A program made the translations under genes and the position numbers. A stretch of 64,000 nt of DNA from contig NC_087437.1 in the NCBI RefSeq assembly GCF_036321535.1, forward strand, positions 66,094,001-66,158,000, written 5' to 3'. Positions within the stretch are counted from its first letter, which is position 1. Each line of letters opens with the position of its first letter. This document shows, piece by piece, positions 27,213 through 39,604 of this stretch. The stretch is from Camelus dromedarius. Lineage: Eukaryota. The notes below the pieces were generated by a model. That model was not told where the DNA came from. It worked only from the letters and a program-made list of their open reading frames with translations, and did no database searches.

Positions 27213-27500
27213 AGCATGCTTAACTTTTAAGAAGTTGAGAGTAATGAGGGGAGAATCAGGTAAGAAAAGACTGAAAAAGAGGGTGTCCAAAAGAGAACAC
27301 AGCCTACACGAAATAATTCCATGTGTGCATATATGGATGGACAGATGCATAAAAATATGCATGAAATATGATCATCAAAACATTAACAGTAGTTATTTCA
27401 GGGTTTGGGGGGTTTATTTCCTTCCTTATACGTTACGAATTTGAATTTTTATAGTAAGTAAAGTTTATATACAATGAAAGAAGGGTTATTTATTTTAAAA
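23000..27500 (+). mobile_element. Cluster of old sense-strand L1 fragments (RT remnant, L1MC/L1M4-like 5' UTR and ORF1, L1ME-like 3' end)
   Basis: ORF1-like motifs at 24900-25450 (ataataggagtaccagagg, aacttcccaaatttgatgaaaaacat, cagctgacttttcatcagaa, tccttcaaaaatgaaggagaaat) and ORF2/3'-end motifs at 26430-27100. Confidence 0.7.
27155..27210 (+). repeat. (TATC)14 tetranucleotide microsatellite
   Basis: Perfect TATC array seen directly. Confidence 0.97.
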
Positions 27501-27599
27501 TATGTATGTGGCCATTGCCATGGAGGATGAAGTTGAGTCAGAAATATTTTCTGCCTTGCAGAAATACCCTACCTTGCAGACCCTGACCATTAACAGAGA

Positions 27600-28330
27600 G
27601 ACAAGAGGATACAGTCAGCTGTCACATGAAGACCAACTTCGTTAATGCTGTAACAGAAGCACAGGGTGCTGGGAAAGAGACATCAGTTGATCTTACAGAT
27701 CTGACTGAGAAGATCTGGAAGAACTTCGGTAAAGGAGAAGCAATATGCGTTGGATCTTGAAGGCTTGGGAGCAATTCAACAGGTAAAGATGGGAATAAAG
27801 AGAAATCCAGGATAAGGGAACAGAGTGAGCAAAACACGGGGGGGGGGGGGGCATTAAAAACCCAGGGTATATTCAAAGAACGGCACTTGGCCCAACTCAG
27901 TACAGCTGGAACACAGGTGTTGAGTGGACAGAAAATTTAAAAGGTAAGCTGGTTTCCAATTGTGAAAGCAGTTTAGACCGTACCCCAAGTGCAGAGAGGA
28001 GTTACTGCAGTCTGTGTGTAGGGTGGGTGGGAGGTGGGGGAAATGCTTTGTTTTGTTAAGAGAATGACATTCTTCGTTCTGCTTCTGCTTTCGAGGTGGG
28101 GAGAGACAGGGGATAAGAAAACCAGTTAGGAAACTATTAAAATGATTCAGGCCTAGGTAATCAACAGCTAACAAGGGCAGAAATGTGGGAATACAGAGGA
28201 GGGGAAGGATTCCAGAAACATTTCTGAGGTAAACAGGGCAGGACTTGGTGGAAGATGGAAAACCTGTGCATGGCAAGTGAGGACTTGGGGATACTCCAAC
28301 TGGAAAAAGAACATTGGGATTGAAGGTAGG
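27600..28330 (-). mobile_element. L2 LINE remnant
   Basis: ggatcttgaaggcttgggagcaattcaacagg, aaaaccagttaggaaactatt...attcaggc and gaaacatttctgaggtaaacagggcaggacttggtg are typical antisense L2 motifs. Confidence 0.6.
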
Positions 28331-29214
28331 AACTATGTCGGGAGAAAGATTCCAGTATCTTGCAGAATATAGGAGGACTGTTGAGAATAATGGGCTAAGA
28401 GTAAGGAGAAATTCTGAGATGAAACAAAAGCCCTATAAAGTTCAGAAGGACAAATCCTCAATCTACAATCACAGAACTGAGGAGCTGTTTCTGGTCTCTG
28501 GACTCAGCTGCCCTGAGGAGACGTTAAACCCACGTGCCTTCTTAACTAAAGCAACTCCCAAGAAAGAGGATCAAATCTGTCTCCCTCACTTTCTGTCTGT
28601 TCCAAATGCACAGGTCAGGCTGTACAGAAAGAACGAGAGATCTGGAAGAGACCTGGGTAGAATCTCAGGCATAATTCCTGCACTCGGGAAATCCAGCTTT
28701 TTGCTCACTGCCTTGAGGAAACCCTTGGCTATCCTTTCTTCCTCTAATGTCCCCCTTCATTAGTACCCTTTCTGTGAAAAAAAACCTCTTGGGTAGCATA
28801 GTGCATAAGACATCTAAGAATGTCACTACCCAGCTTCCCTCCCTTCCCTCCTCGCCAGCCAAGGGTTTCCTCCACGCAGTGGAGAAAATGTGGGGCTTCC
28901 CAACGAGCACAACACGTCTGAGGTTTTAAAGTAAATGAAAATATGGAAAGTCTCTCCAAGACCATCTCCATCTCTCTCACCCTGTGACTTTTTAAGGATG
29001 TCTTAAACACAAAGCTCATGCATATTTTTCATGGGTAAACATCTTGTTTGGGTTTCCTTTTAACAATCCTGGGAAAAGCAACGTTCTCATCTGATAATAA
29101 AGTGAATACAAACTCAACGTAAAGCATTTGGAAAACCTAGAGAGGATAAAATAAGAATATGAATTGGTAACTCCATCTTAGAAATAAAAATGGGTATTTG
29201 GGACCCAAGCTTGA

Positions 29215-30310
29215 GGCTCCACGGCCCCGGGGCCAGGTCCTCCGGCAGCCGCAAGCCCAGGCTGAAGGAAGGCGCCCACGGAGGGGGTCTGGGAGCCCAG
29301 CGGCCGGAGGCCGGGCTGCCCCAGGGGACCGGACGCAGGAGCGGGCAGGAGGGCGCGGCGCGCAGGGTTCCCGGGGCTCCGAGCCGTCCTAGCCTGCGGG
29401 CGCTCCCGGCCGAGCGCTCGGTCTGGCGCCGCGTGCGGGGCGGTGCCAAGGGAGGGGCTGGACGCGCGGCCCCGCCAGGGCCCGCCGGCGGCAGCCCCGC
29501 AGGCACCGCGCGCCCCGCGCAGACCGCAGAGCCCGGCGCCGCCGTCCCGCCGCCTCCGCGCTCTGCTCCCCGCGCGGCGATGGGCGCGGCGCTCCGCTGT
29601 GCTGCCGCCGCCCCTCCCCGTCCCTTCCGGCCCCGCGCACCCGCGAGAGACCCGGGCACCGCGGCGTTGGCGCTCCTCGGCGGTTCCGGACCTGGTGAGG
29701 TGAGCAGCGCGCCCTTGAGGGTCCCAAATTCGGGATTTTGTGGGGACCTCTCTGTGGACACGATATGTCTACAAAACATCAAACACTAAGGTACAAAGTG
29801 GAAAGGAATGGGAGCACTTAGTCTCCTCTTCAGAATCTGGGCTGCTTCTTCGGAAACGGTAAAGAAACTACCTTCGAAACTGGAAGCGAGCCCGAGGTCA
29901 CTGAGCAGGGATGCCCGTGGCAGCTTCCTGAGGAGAGGGAGGAGAGCACTGGTGTTTGTTGGGAAGAGGGGCTGCGGCTGTTGTGTTTGCTTGAATGAGC
30001 GACAGACTGTTCAGACGGAACTGCAGGGAGAGAGCCTCCTCGCCAGGCTGGTCCCATCTGCCTGGCAGGGGCGCGTTCACCCAGGGGTGCAGGGCGGTAG
30101 ATAGGGTGGACTTCCTCACGGAGATTGTGAAGTCCTGACGAGAGTTTTATTGCACCGCGGTCTGTCGAATTGCCTTGTTCTGGGCCAAGGAGAGTCTCCC
30201 GGGAGCTGCAGCATCCTTGTACCCTGGCGAGCACTCGTCTCCTACTTGGCTCTATCCGGAAACTTGAGGCCACTTGTTTGAACTTGGCGTCTGAATAGTG
30301 TGTGTCTAGG
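29215..30310 (+). promoter_or_regulatory. GPR156: CpG island promoter, probably of GPR156
   Basis: Extremely GC- and CpG-rich core at 29215-29720 with GC boxes (e.g. GGGGCGG near 29437), tailing off to about 30300. The gene name is inferred only from recalled synteny (LRRC58 then GPR156, same strand); no coding sequence was seen. Confidence 0.6.
29560..29699 (+). other. GPR156: Putative first (5' UTR) exon ending at tandem splice donors; start approximate
   Basis: CTG|GTGAGG after 29694 and GAG|GTGAGC after 29699 at the 3' edge of the CpG core, the usual position for an exon-1 donor. Confidence 0.45.
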
Positions 30311-31859
30311 TATATATGCGACACTGCAGAATCCGAACCTTGAGGTTTTTTTTTAATCGAGTTTTGTTGTTAACATTTTAGAATAGAAATCTGTGGGGCG
30401 AGAAGTCTTGGCATGCTCTTACTCTTCCCTTTGTTGGTTTCTTAGGTACATGCCTGCATGAATAATAGGCAAATTATGTCCTAGCCTATAATGAAATGTC
30501 TTTTCTGGTGTAGTCCTTTGAACCAGGATATGGAGGGTAACATTAAATTATGGCATCTCCACGTAAAAGTGAAAGATTTTGAGGTGGGGATTAAAAGCTG
30601 GAAAAATTGTTGATGCAATTGTATGAGGCAGCAAGGCCTGCAAAGGAAAACTGATTTTTCTCCACCAACGGCTAAATGCAGCATAGAAGGCCTCCCTGCA
30701 GGCTGAGTAGCAGCCAGGCTTGCAAAACAGCAGCTTCTTCCTTTGCTGCAGTTGGAGCAAAAGGGTGTGGAGACAAATGGCTGAGGAAGTGATTTGTATG
30801 TATTGTTAAGGTAGTTTGAGTCTGGAGAAGAAAATGCCTTGGCAGGCTTTGCTTGAGTTAAGAATCCTTTGGGAGGGGAATGGTGGCGCTCTGGTCCCTA
30901 TTTTGCCAGCCTAATTCCACTTCAGGGCTGCCCCTTCTCTTTTGCCTCCAGCTTTTAGCTTCTCCCTGTTCCCCAGTAAAGTCTAGCATTAAGCCTGGTC
31001 AGAGGCAGAGTTATGATAGCCTGGGGATAGAGAATTTCCAAGTCTAGTGAAGCAGAATTGTGGCCCAAAGGTAGGTGGGATGAAGCAACTTCCAGCCTAG
31101 ACTTCCCGCCCAGGAGGCACTCAGAAGAGTAGGAGAGTAATGATGAAGGGAAAGAGGTTCTCTGGGGAGGACAGTAGACGCTTAACAGTTTGTTTCCTGC
31201 TGAAGGTTTTAATCTTTCCTTATTTGTTGTTTGATCATAGGGCCATTTCCAGATGGGGTTGATGTTGTAGAGAACATCTCTGAAAAGTCTCCCCTTCTCC
31301 CGAATTTGCATTTCTTTCTACTCACAGAGAGTAAGTGGGGGCTGAGGGAGAGAGGAGAAAGGCACTGAGGCTCTGACCTTCCACAGAGACGGTGGAAGGT
31401 GAACTGACTTGGGGCCCACAAGTTGGATTTGAAAGCTGAAAAGAATGTTCCACATTTAGTTAAAAATTAGACCGTTTATTTTGCAGAAAGGTGTTGAGAA
31501 CCCTAACATTCATATGCAGTTACTGATGAATTTTACCTTGATAAATGATGCACATTCCTACCTCTTTTTATAACATGTTGAAGGACATGTTATTATGAAA
31601 AATTTCAGACGTACAGAAAAGTTACCTACCTCTCTTATAAACTTATAATCATCTTCAGACGTTAACTGTTAATAAAAATCAGATTTTGCAATCCAGGCAT
31701 ATGTTATCTGGTCCTGGACAGAGCTTGAATTAGAAGGTGGTTAAGAAATAGATGTGTGAAGGAAATTAACATTTCTGAGGGCGGGGGTGGCGGGGATAGG
31801 ATTTTACTCTTCTGACTCTTCCTGAAGAATCTTAGGCAAATCTCTTAATTGCTTCCTTT

Positions 31860-32380
31860 TTTCCATTGTTAAAACATCAGTTGGATTATATCAATCCCCT
31901 GCTTAACATCCTCCAATGGAATAAAATCCCTCACACTTGTAATAAAATCCAGTTCTCTACCAGGACCTACCAAAGCCCTATGCGATCTGGCCTCTTTGAC
32001 GTATTCTGTCACTCTCCCCTCACTTTACCGCCTTCCCTGCTCTTCTCTGCCTGCACACTCTTCCCTCAGATATGTGCACTGCTTCTTTCCTTAGTTCATT
32101 CAGGGCTTTTTTCGAGTGTTACTTTCTCCATCCTTGACCACCTGATCCAAAACAGTGCTTTGTCACTCCCTGTTCTCTGACCCTGCTTCAGCTGTCTTCA
32201 CTGCACTCATCATTACCTGGCATTTTATAGTATGTCCGTTTCTATGTTAATCATCCACATGTCCCCCACTCAAATGTAAGTTTCATAAAGACAAGAATTT
32301 TTTTTTTTATCCATGGCTCTGTTTATGTTTGGCATATTGTAAGCAATTTATAAATAATTATTGAATTAACTAGATAATTA
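31860..32380 (+). mobile_element. L2 LINE 3' remnant
   Basis: cccctgcttaacatcctccaatgg...aataaaatccagttctctaccaggacctaccaaagccctatgcgatctggcc...tgtcccccactcaaatgtaagtttcat...aataattattgaatt. Confidence 0.75.
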
Positions 32381-32569
32381 AATGACACAAACAAGACCTT
32401 GCCTGCCATGAGGGTTGCAGAATGCTTGGTAAAATACTAGAAGTCTTTGTAAGTAATTCAGGTTAATCAATGTTTTATAGGTGAGTGATGATCCTGGAGC
32501 TCAGTAGCCACTTGTATCCTCACAGTGCTTTGAAGCTGAGTCCTGTGCCAGAAGCTGGGTTATTTTTGA

Positions 32570-32950
32570 CAAACCCTCATCCCAAACAAGATATAGACCT
32601 TTCAGTCCCAGAAATTTCCCTCATGCCCCTTGCTAGTCACCCCCACCTCCCAGGAGCAACTTTTGTTATGATTTCTATTATCATAGATTAGTTTTGCTGG
32701 TTCCTGAACATCATATAAACAACATTCACACAGGATATATTTTTGTGTCTGGCTTCTTTTTGCTGGACACAGTGTCTATGAAATTCATCCACGTGGGTGA
32801 GTCTATCAGTTTGTTCATTTCCTTTTATTCCAAGATAGTATTCCACCATATGAATATCTACCATCTATTTCTCCATTCTCTTATTGATGGACACTTGGGT
32901 TGATTCCAATTTGGGGCTATTTTGAATAAAGCTGCCATGAGCATTCCTAT
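32570..32950 (-). mobile_element. Old L1 3'-end fragment (L1MB/L1ME-like)
   Basis: tttttgtgtctggcttctttt...attctcttattgatggacacttgggttgattccaatttggggctattttgaataaagctgccatgagcatt. Confidence 0.75.
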
Positions 32951-33839
32951 AGATTCTGCCTCATTTTAAGTCCTGTGTACTTTATCTGGAAGTCTTCTTT
33001 GTGCCACCAGTGCTGAGAGAAGTCTGGCAGGTTATGGGGGTGGTGACTGATGTGGCAGTCCGCCTGCAGCCCCACAGTGCCTTCCGTAGACAGCCCCACT
33101 GAGCGCTGACCTCCTCCCGCTGCCGAGAGAGGGCACTTGGAAAATGAGTGTCCATCCCAATCGGGCAGCCCCCGAGTGCACTTTCAGTGCTTCTTATCCG
33201 TAAAGGAGACTGTAGAGTGCCTGCTGCCACCGCTGCTGTGTCCCCCTCCTCCTCCCTGCTCCCCATCCCAGCACAAGTTGACTCTGATCAGCCACTGAGC
33301 ATGCTGCCATCGAAGGGTTGAAATATTTATGAACAAGAGTCTTGTTCAGAGCCTGATAAAATATTTATGTGTTTCCATGGGGCATTGGTTTCCATCCAGA
33401 CTTCTCAAGGTGTTTCTCAGAGACACTTGTCATAATCATGAGCTGCTCCAACAGAGACAGATGATACGGCCAGAGAACATTGGTGATATTGAACCCACCT
33501 TGCAGAGCACCTTGCTTTCTAGGGATAGGGGAGAGTGAGCACACAGAAGAATGGGTATCAGTAGTGTCTGGGTCAGGAGAAAGACGCCTGTGCTGACAAA
33601 AATGATTCCAGAAGAGCAGGGACAGTTAATGTAGTATCCCTGAAGGTGTGAGTCCAGAGGGGCTGGGGCAAAAGAGCTTGTCATCGTGAGGAGGGATTAA
33701 TTAAGATGGCGTGCGTTCATTCCGAATAGATGAATGAAATAATCAGCCTTGTAAAGGACACAGTTCCTTCAACACCGATGTAGACAAGGCCTACATAAGA
33801 CAACTCTGCCGACTGCTATAATTAAGTTATCACACCTGC

Positions 33840-34250
33840 TATGAAACTATGGGGGAAGGAGTGGAGGCTAGCCAGAGTTTCCAGGTGGAGGGTAGAGAAC
33901 TAGCTATTTCAAGAGGGATCATTATTTTCTTCCAAGGAAGAAGCGCCTTTTGAGTCAAGGTCTGAAGGAGATGTGGCTGTTTGACTGGCAGCTGTGGTGT
34001 GGAAGGGCATTTCCAGAGAGACAAGTAAGTTGAGCAGACATTCGAGGTGGGGCCGAGTGCTGGTGTGGCTTGAGTAAGGTGAAGAGGTGGCGCGTGGAGG
34101 GTCAGGGCAGGTTTGCAGTGAGAGATAAGGCGGGAGCACTGAAGGCCAACTTGTAAAGGACCAAGAGCGTGGACTTCACTCTGTTGTAGGGAACCACATA
34201 ACTTTTGACCTGAGATTGGGTCCAATTTTAAATAATTCTTGGATGGTGCA
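33840..34250 (-). mobile_element. L2 LINE remnant
   Basis: tttgagtcaaggtctgaagga...ggaagggcatttccag...ttgtaaaggaccaagagcgtggacttcactctg...agggaaccac. Confidence 0.6.
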
Positions 34251-34343
34251 TCCAGCCTGAGCAAGGCCTTGAGGTCTGTTTATGTCCAAGGCACTTCCAG
34301 AATTTTCTACCATGTCCAATCCAGTCTAGAGATTTTGTGACAC

Positions 34344-34379
34344 TCCCTGGTGGTCTAGTGGTTAGGATTCGGTGCTCTC
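34344..34379 (+). pseudogene. Tailless retrocopy of the 5' half of tRNA-Glu(CTC), flanked by an 18-bp TSD
   Basis: TCCCTGGTGGTCTAGTGGTTAGGATTCGGTGCTCTC equals nt 1-36 of mammalian tRNA-Glu-CTC as I recall it, with one CpG>TpG change. No T-arm or B box follows. Direct repeats lie at 34322-34339 and 34381-34398 (17/18 identical). Confidence 0.9.
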
Positions 34380-36999
34380 TCAGTCTAGAGACTTTGTGTA
34401 GTCTACTCTGAAGGATGTAGACTAGGGGAGGTCACATCCATTTGGTGTACTCCGGGGACTCACCAGGAACAGGTCTCACCAACCGCCCTCTTGCCCCTTA
34501 TCACACATACACTCAGAATGCTCCGAGTCAAACTGAATTGATAGGCCATATGCTGCATCCTCTGACCTCTTTTATGGCCACTTTGCCTCAGTGGAGGGGA
34601 GTTGAAAGGGTCTAAGTACCCCTTTATCGCCTGAACCTAAATCTGGGTCAGTGTACTTCAGGCTAGGTTGCCTGGCAACAGAGGACCAAGGCAGTGAGGC
34701 CGGCAGACCGTCTTTGCAGAATTCAGACCTGCTTCGACCCGGCTACTGGATGGTGACTGCAGAGAAAACTGGCAGCAGAGGGCTGAGGCCACGCAGAGTG
34801 ACAACCTGTAGACCGGACTGCCGGCCACCTTCCACGTGTCTCCCTTCAGATTACGATTCCTGTTCAAAAGTGCCCAAGGATGTTTATTTTTAACTCTGTA
34901 GTGAAAAATAGGGAGCCAGAGGTGTGAAACCTCTCAGCATCTCCACTTGATGATGTTTGTGATAAGGAAGAGATCATTGTGGAAGTGATGGTCCTGGGGA
35001 ATTCAGTCTTCAGGGCTGCCGCGAGGAACTTTGCATGCGTGTAGATTAGCCAGAGAGTTCTGAAGTCCTGATGGGGACAAGCGGTTTCTTAGTATGAAGA
35101 CAGAAAAGGGCATGGAAGGACCTCTTAGAGAAACTTCACGATTCTGCTCTGGACCTTGCTGTTTGGAACTGCTCTCTTGCTGCCATGGGCACCTGTTCCA
35201 GAGTGACACTGGGAACACCCAGGAAAGAAGGCTCTGGGCCCTCCCATTGCTGTCTACCTGTGCTGGAAGGGCGGACTATCAGTCAGCACTGTCAGCTCTC
35301 CATCCTGACTTCCAAGGGTAACTGGGGAGATCTTGAGAGAGGAGGCAGATGCCAGTGTCTTAACTAGGGAAAGGGCAAAACTCCAGACCAACAACGGCCT
35401 TCTTGGCTCTAATCTAAAATATTCCTTATTTTCTGCATGAAGTGGAATCTCCCAAGGGCCACATTGGTTGTAATATTTCCCCTGAACAGGTGAACAGGCT
35501 GCAAGCTTAATTGAATGCCTTTTCCAAATGTACATTTCTGTTTTTGTGCCCTGACTCATGACAGCTGCCTGCTTTTGGATGCTGTTTGTTATCCCAGAAG
35601 ATTGGAGTATAGAGGGAGTAGGAGAGACAATGTCAGGAGACAGGAAAGGGAAGGGAGTAGTGACCTGCTAGGTATCCAGTTATCTGCAAGTGAAAAACTG
35701 GGAGGAAGGAAGATCAAATAACCACCCATGGGAATCTTTTCCAGCAAATATTGCTGACTTCCAAGGCAGCCATGAAGGGAAAAGAAGAGGCTGTTGTCAG
35801 TCAGTCTGAGGAATATTAATATAGGCTCGACACACCAGAACACATAGCCACACCACAACCGTGCAGAGACCAGCAGCAACACGCCGTCCAAATCCCCTTT
35901 CCCACTTCCATCACGTTCTCTCATATTCTTTCATGATGTTAGATATATACGTGAGTTCAACTGTACTTGCAAAGATACACAAATGTAGACCTACTCTAAA
36001 AAAGTATAAAGATAACAAGAAATCATTTCTAAATATTACCAGATGTGGGATTATAAATGATTATTTTTCTTTTTTAAATTTATCCATATTTTCCACAATT
36101 GCTATTATAAGCATGCATCTCTATGATAATCAAGAAAACATTAAGTAAGAAATCTACTAAAGAAATTAAGCAGGGAGAAAGAAGAAGCACAGATGGAGGA
36201 CAGAGGATTGTACAAGAACAGAAAAAAAGATGTTGGAAGATGAATGAACAGAAAAGTTAATTCTTTGCAGGCTGCTAGCTTCTGTTGTGATTGGATTTTG
36301 TATATCTATTGCTCCCCTGAAGATCTGGAAGCTTCTATTAGCATGAAACCAAATTGCAAATATTAAGCCAACTGTCACACCTCCAGGGCCTTAATGACAT
36401 CATGTGGGTGACAACTGGAAGTCCCACAACTGGCTTCTAGTAGTCCTCAAAGAATCTTCTGCCAAGGTGCTAACACAGAACACTTTAACCTGGGTGGCAG
36501 CATCTTTCCCACAGAGTTTAGTGTTGATTCCTGCAGCAGCTGGGCAAGTCTTGTGCATCTCATCTTAGGAGAATGGAACAGGAGCCAACAAAAGCTGTTA
36601 GTGGTCGGAGTAGCGTGATTTTCCCAGATAAAAGCCTGTTCTGTTCTCATCCACACCTCTGCCGGCTGCTCACCAGCTCTGGCAGCCCCTTGGGAGGCTC
36701 TGCAGCTGAGCCTTTGGAGAGGTAGATGTAGCTTTCATTCCACAACCACTGGCCATTCCCAGAGGCGCTGTCGAGTCTGTGCTTTAGTTGGCTTCAATGG
36801 AGGGACTCGAGGTGAGGCCTCTCTCTAGGAGCAGAAGTTGTTGTCTACCTCTACCCACCAGGATCAATTTAAAGCAAATGCCAGAGAACTACACACTCCC
36901 ACTGAGCTCTGGGGTCTGGCATTACTTCCACAGCTTAATAAATAACTCTACAGCTGTAATAAATCCTTTTTATATTTTAAGTGTATTTTAATTTTAAAT

Positions 37000-37480
37000 T
37001 ATAAAAGTAATATACACTCATTATAACAAGTCCAGTAAGATAGCAGTATATGAAGAAAATGTTACTATCTCCACCTCTTCTCTCCTCCGTCTTCCTGACA
37101 AAACCACTTCACTCCTTTTCTACGTTCAAACATTGTAGAGTTATTTTCTATTTCATGTGTAAATGGAATTATATAATAATAGTTACTCTATGTTTCATTT
37201 TATTATATTATGTACATTTTTTACAAATATATACATATAATTGATCCAATGTATTGTTTTTAATAGCTACCTAGTACTGCTTTGCAGGAAGTTCCATAAT
37301 TTTCCCCGTTATTTCTGTATTTATAGATATTCTGGGTTTTCATCCAGTGTTTTGTTTTGTTTTGTTTTACACAACAAGTTATGCCACAATGAACATTCTA
37401 CATTTATCCTTACACTTTGGTTTTTATTTTCTGAGGAAAATTCCCCAAATTGGCGTTCCTGGGTCAAAGGGAACACACAC
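37000..37480 (-). mobile_element. Ancient L1ME-like 3' fragment
   Basis: tttaaattataaaagtaatatacactcattat...gccacaatgaacattct...ttcctgggtcaaaggg. Confidence 0.5.
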
Positions 37481-39423
37481 AATTTTAATGCTGACTGTGG
37501 GTCTCCCCTGCAGCTGTTGCTTCCCTCCCTTCTTTGTCTTGCTCTCCCCTCTCCCACCGCCTTTCTCCGGGGAGCCTGTGTGTTTAGGCAGGAGTGCCCT
37601 GCAGTGAGAACTCATCCTTGCCAAGTGTGGATTATATCAGTGGGGAGCAGGGTCTGCCGTATCTCGGTTGCATTGTGTCTGTTGCTGTGGTTGGCCAGAC
37701 TGTTTACAATTCCCCTTGCTCATTTATTCCATGCTGAGGAATTATACATGGTCTTCATCTGTGGCAGGAGCAGTGTGATCAGTGTGGAGGGGATGCTTTC
37801 AGAGAAAATAGGCTGTTTCAGTACTTTCTCACAGCATTGTCTCTGCATGTTTTTTTTGTGCCCTTAATAGCTGGATTGAGAAAAGTTCTTTGATTCCATC
37901 TCGGTCTCTTCCCTCTATTTTGAAGGATTTGGGATTTGGGGATTTTTATGAGTATATAGTCAATCAACTACAACTGATTACTTGACATGAAGATAATTAG
38001 TTGAGAAGGTAGGGGTCTTGGAGCTTAAGGATCAGTGCCAAGCAACAGATGCGAACATTTTTAAACAAATGATTTTACCTAATCTGGCATTTGGAGTGAG
38101 CATCCCAGGACTACTTGGGCTTCATTGTTAGTTTTGCTCTTGTTTGCACATAAAAATTCAGTCTAGTCCACAAGACTGGGGAGGAATGGGATTCCTCACT
38201 ACACCAGGGATGCAGAAAATAGAGAAGCATTAAGGGAAGATGGTGAGTATGAGCAAGTGAAATATAAATAAATGGTGAACTGACAAAGTAGCAAGAAGTG
38301 TATGAGATTTTAAAAATCCTTACCTGAAGGCTGCTCAATGACCAGTGGGCCTGTGAGCTTATGGACACTCTGTGGAAATCTATGATCTCTAATCTATATT
38401 AGAAACCCAGTTGTGATTCTGTGTTCAGAATGCAAACATTAGAAGCAGAGGCAACAAAATTATGAAGTCTTGTGGCAGACATTTTGCTGCTGGCTTCTGT
38501 AACACATGCTGCATTTTTTACTCGGTAGCTTTCAAATGGATTTTTGTGTCCTAGATTGAAAACTAAGAGAAGAAAAGAAAACCAGGAGAGAAGTCACTGT
38601 GACTGATTTCTAAGGAGAAATTTTAACTTTGGTTTGGAGGTATATAAACCTGAAGAATAGTATCATCTTTTCTGTTAATACATCATTTTACATAAACTTT
38701 TAATTTCCAAATATGCACTAACAGAGTAATACTGATAGTTAAACCAATTCCTGTGAAGTTTGTCTCTTACAACTTAGGCATTCTATAATGTATCTTAGAT
38801 GGTCTCATAGTTAATAGTAAAGATAGTTACGTCTTATACTGTTTGCACTGTGATTTGTGTCTGTGAAGATTATCTTTAAGAGTTTGGTCTTGTCAGTAAA
38901 AAAAAATTGAAGGTTAAACATATTACAAGACATTAAGCATCTGCCTCTGGACATAATGGATTACCTGGTAGTAGACCATTGCTCCCAGAGGAGACATCTA
39001 GAAAAGCTGGATTTCAGAAATCTATTTGAAGGCATAAAAGATAGCCAGGGCTTGAGAGCTAAGACCTCAGAAAGAAGAGAAATTTATTGAGTGCCCCACA
39101 TTCTAGGTTGTATTTTTCCTTGAGACATTTACCATTTATTAAGTAGCATGTGAGGAGAAGCTAAGAAGCCAGGCAAAAACCAGCTGCTTAGAGTCAGAGA
39201 AGCTGAGCAGAACATTCTGTAGCCTGATAGGACTGAGAAGGGGAAAAAGGGAATTCAAGGATACTAAATGAGTCGGAACATGAGCGACCATGATCATGGA
39301 AAGGAAAGAGGCACAGAGGAATCAGCCCAATAAATTTGAGATATTTTCCTTACAAGTCATTCACCAATTTATAAGTAGCACAGACCAAGAGGTAAAAAAG
39401 CCAAAGAGTCTTTCTGCCCATTT

Positions 39424-39604
39424 AAAAAATATTTATTTATCTATTTATAATATATTTTTTAACAAAGTATAGTCCGTTTACAATGTTGTGTCAATTTCTG
39501 GTTTATAGCACAATGCTCAGTCATATAGGAACATACATATATTCATTTTCATATTCTTTTTCACCATAAGTTACTACAAGATATTGAATATAGTTCCCTG
39601 TATA
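39424..39604 (-). mobile_element. Short 5'-truncated lineage-type L1 3' end with TSD
   Basis: Same 3' UTR sequence as 42750-42890 and 48165-48310, in reverse. Perfect TSD TCTGCCCATTT at 39413-39423 and 39605-39615. Confidence 0.88.

Noticed and set aside
27838..27851. G14 homopolymer (and A9G10 at 14438-14456) as G-quadruplex elements
   Set aside because: Isolated homopolymers inside or beside old repeats; length is error-prone and there is no functional context.
29114..29789. Long overlapping ORFs (222 aa and 199 aa) on both strands of the CpG island
   Set aside because: Ala/Gly/Pro/Arg-rich frames are expected where high GC depletes stop codons; no recognisable domain.
36763..36787. REST/RE1-like motif on the minus strand (AGCAC-AGACTC-GACAGCGCC)
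   Set aside because: Half-site spacing is two bases longer than canonical and the left half is poor.
37241..37867. 208-aa ORF
   Set aside because: Non-ATG start, overlaps an antisense L1 remnant, biased composition and no recognisable homology.
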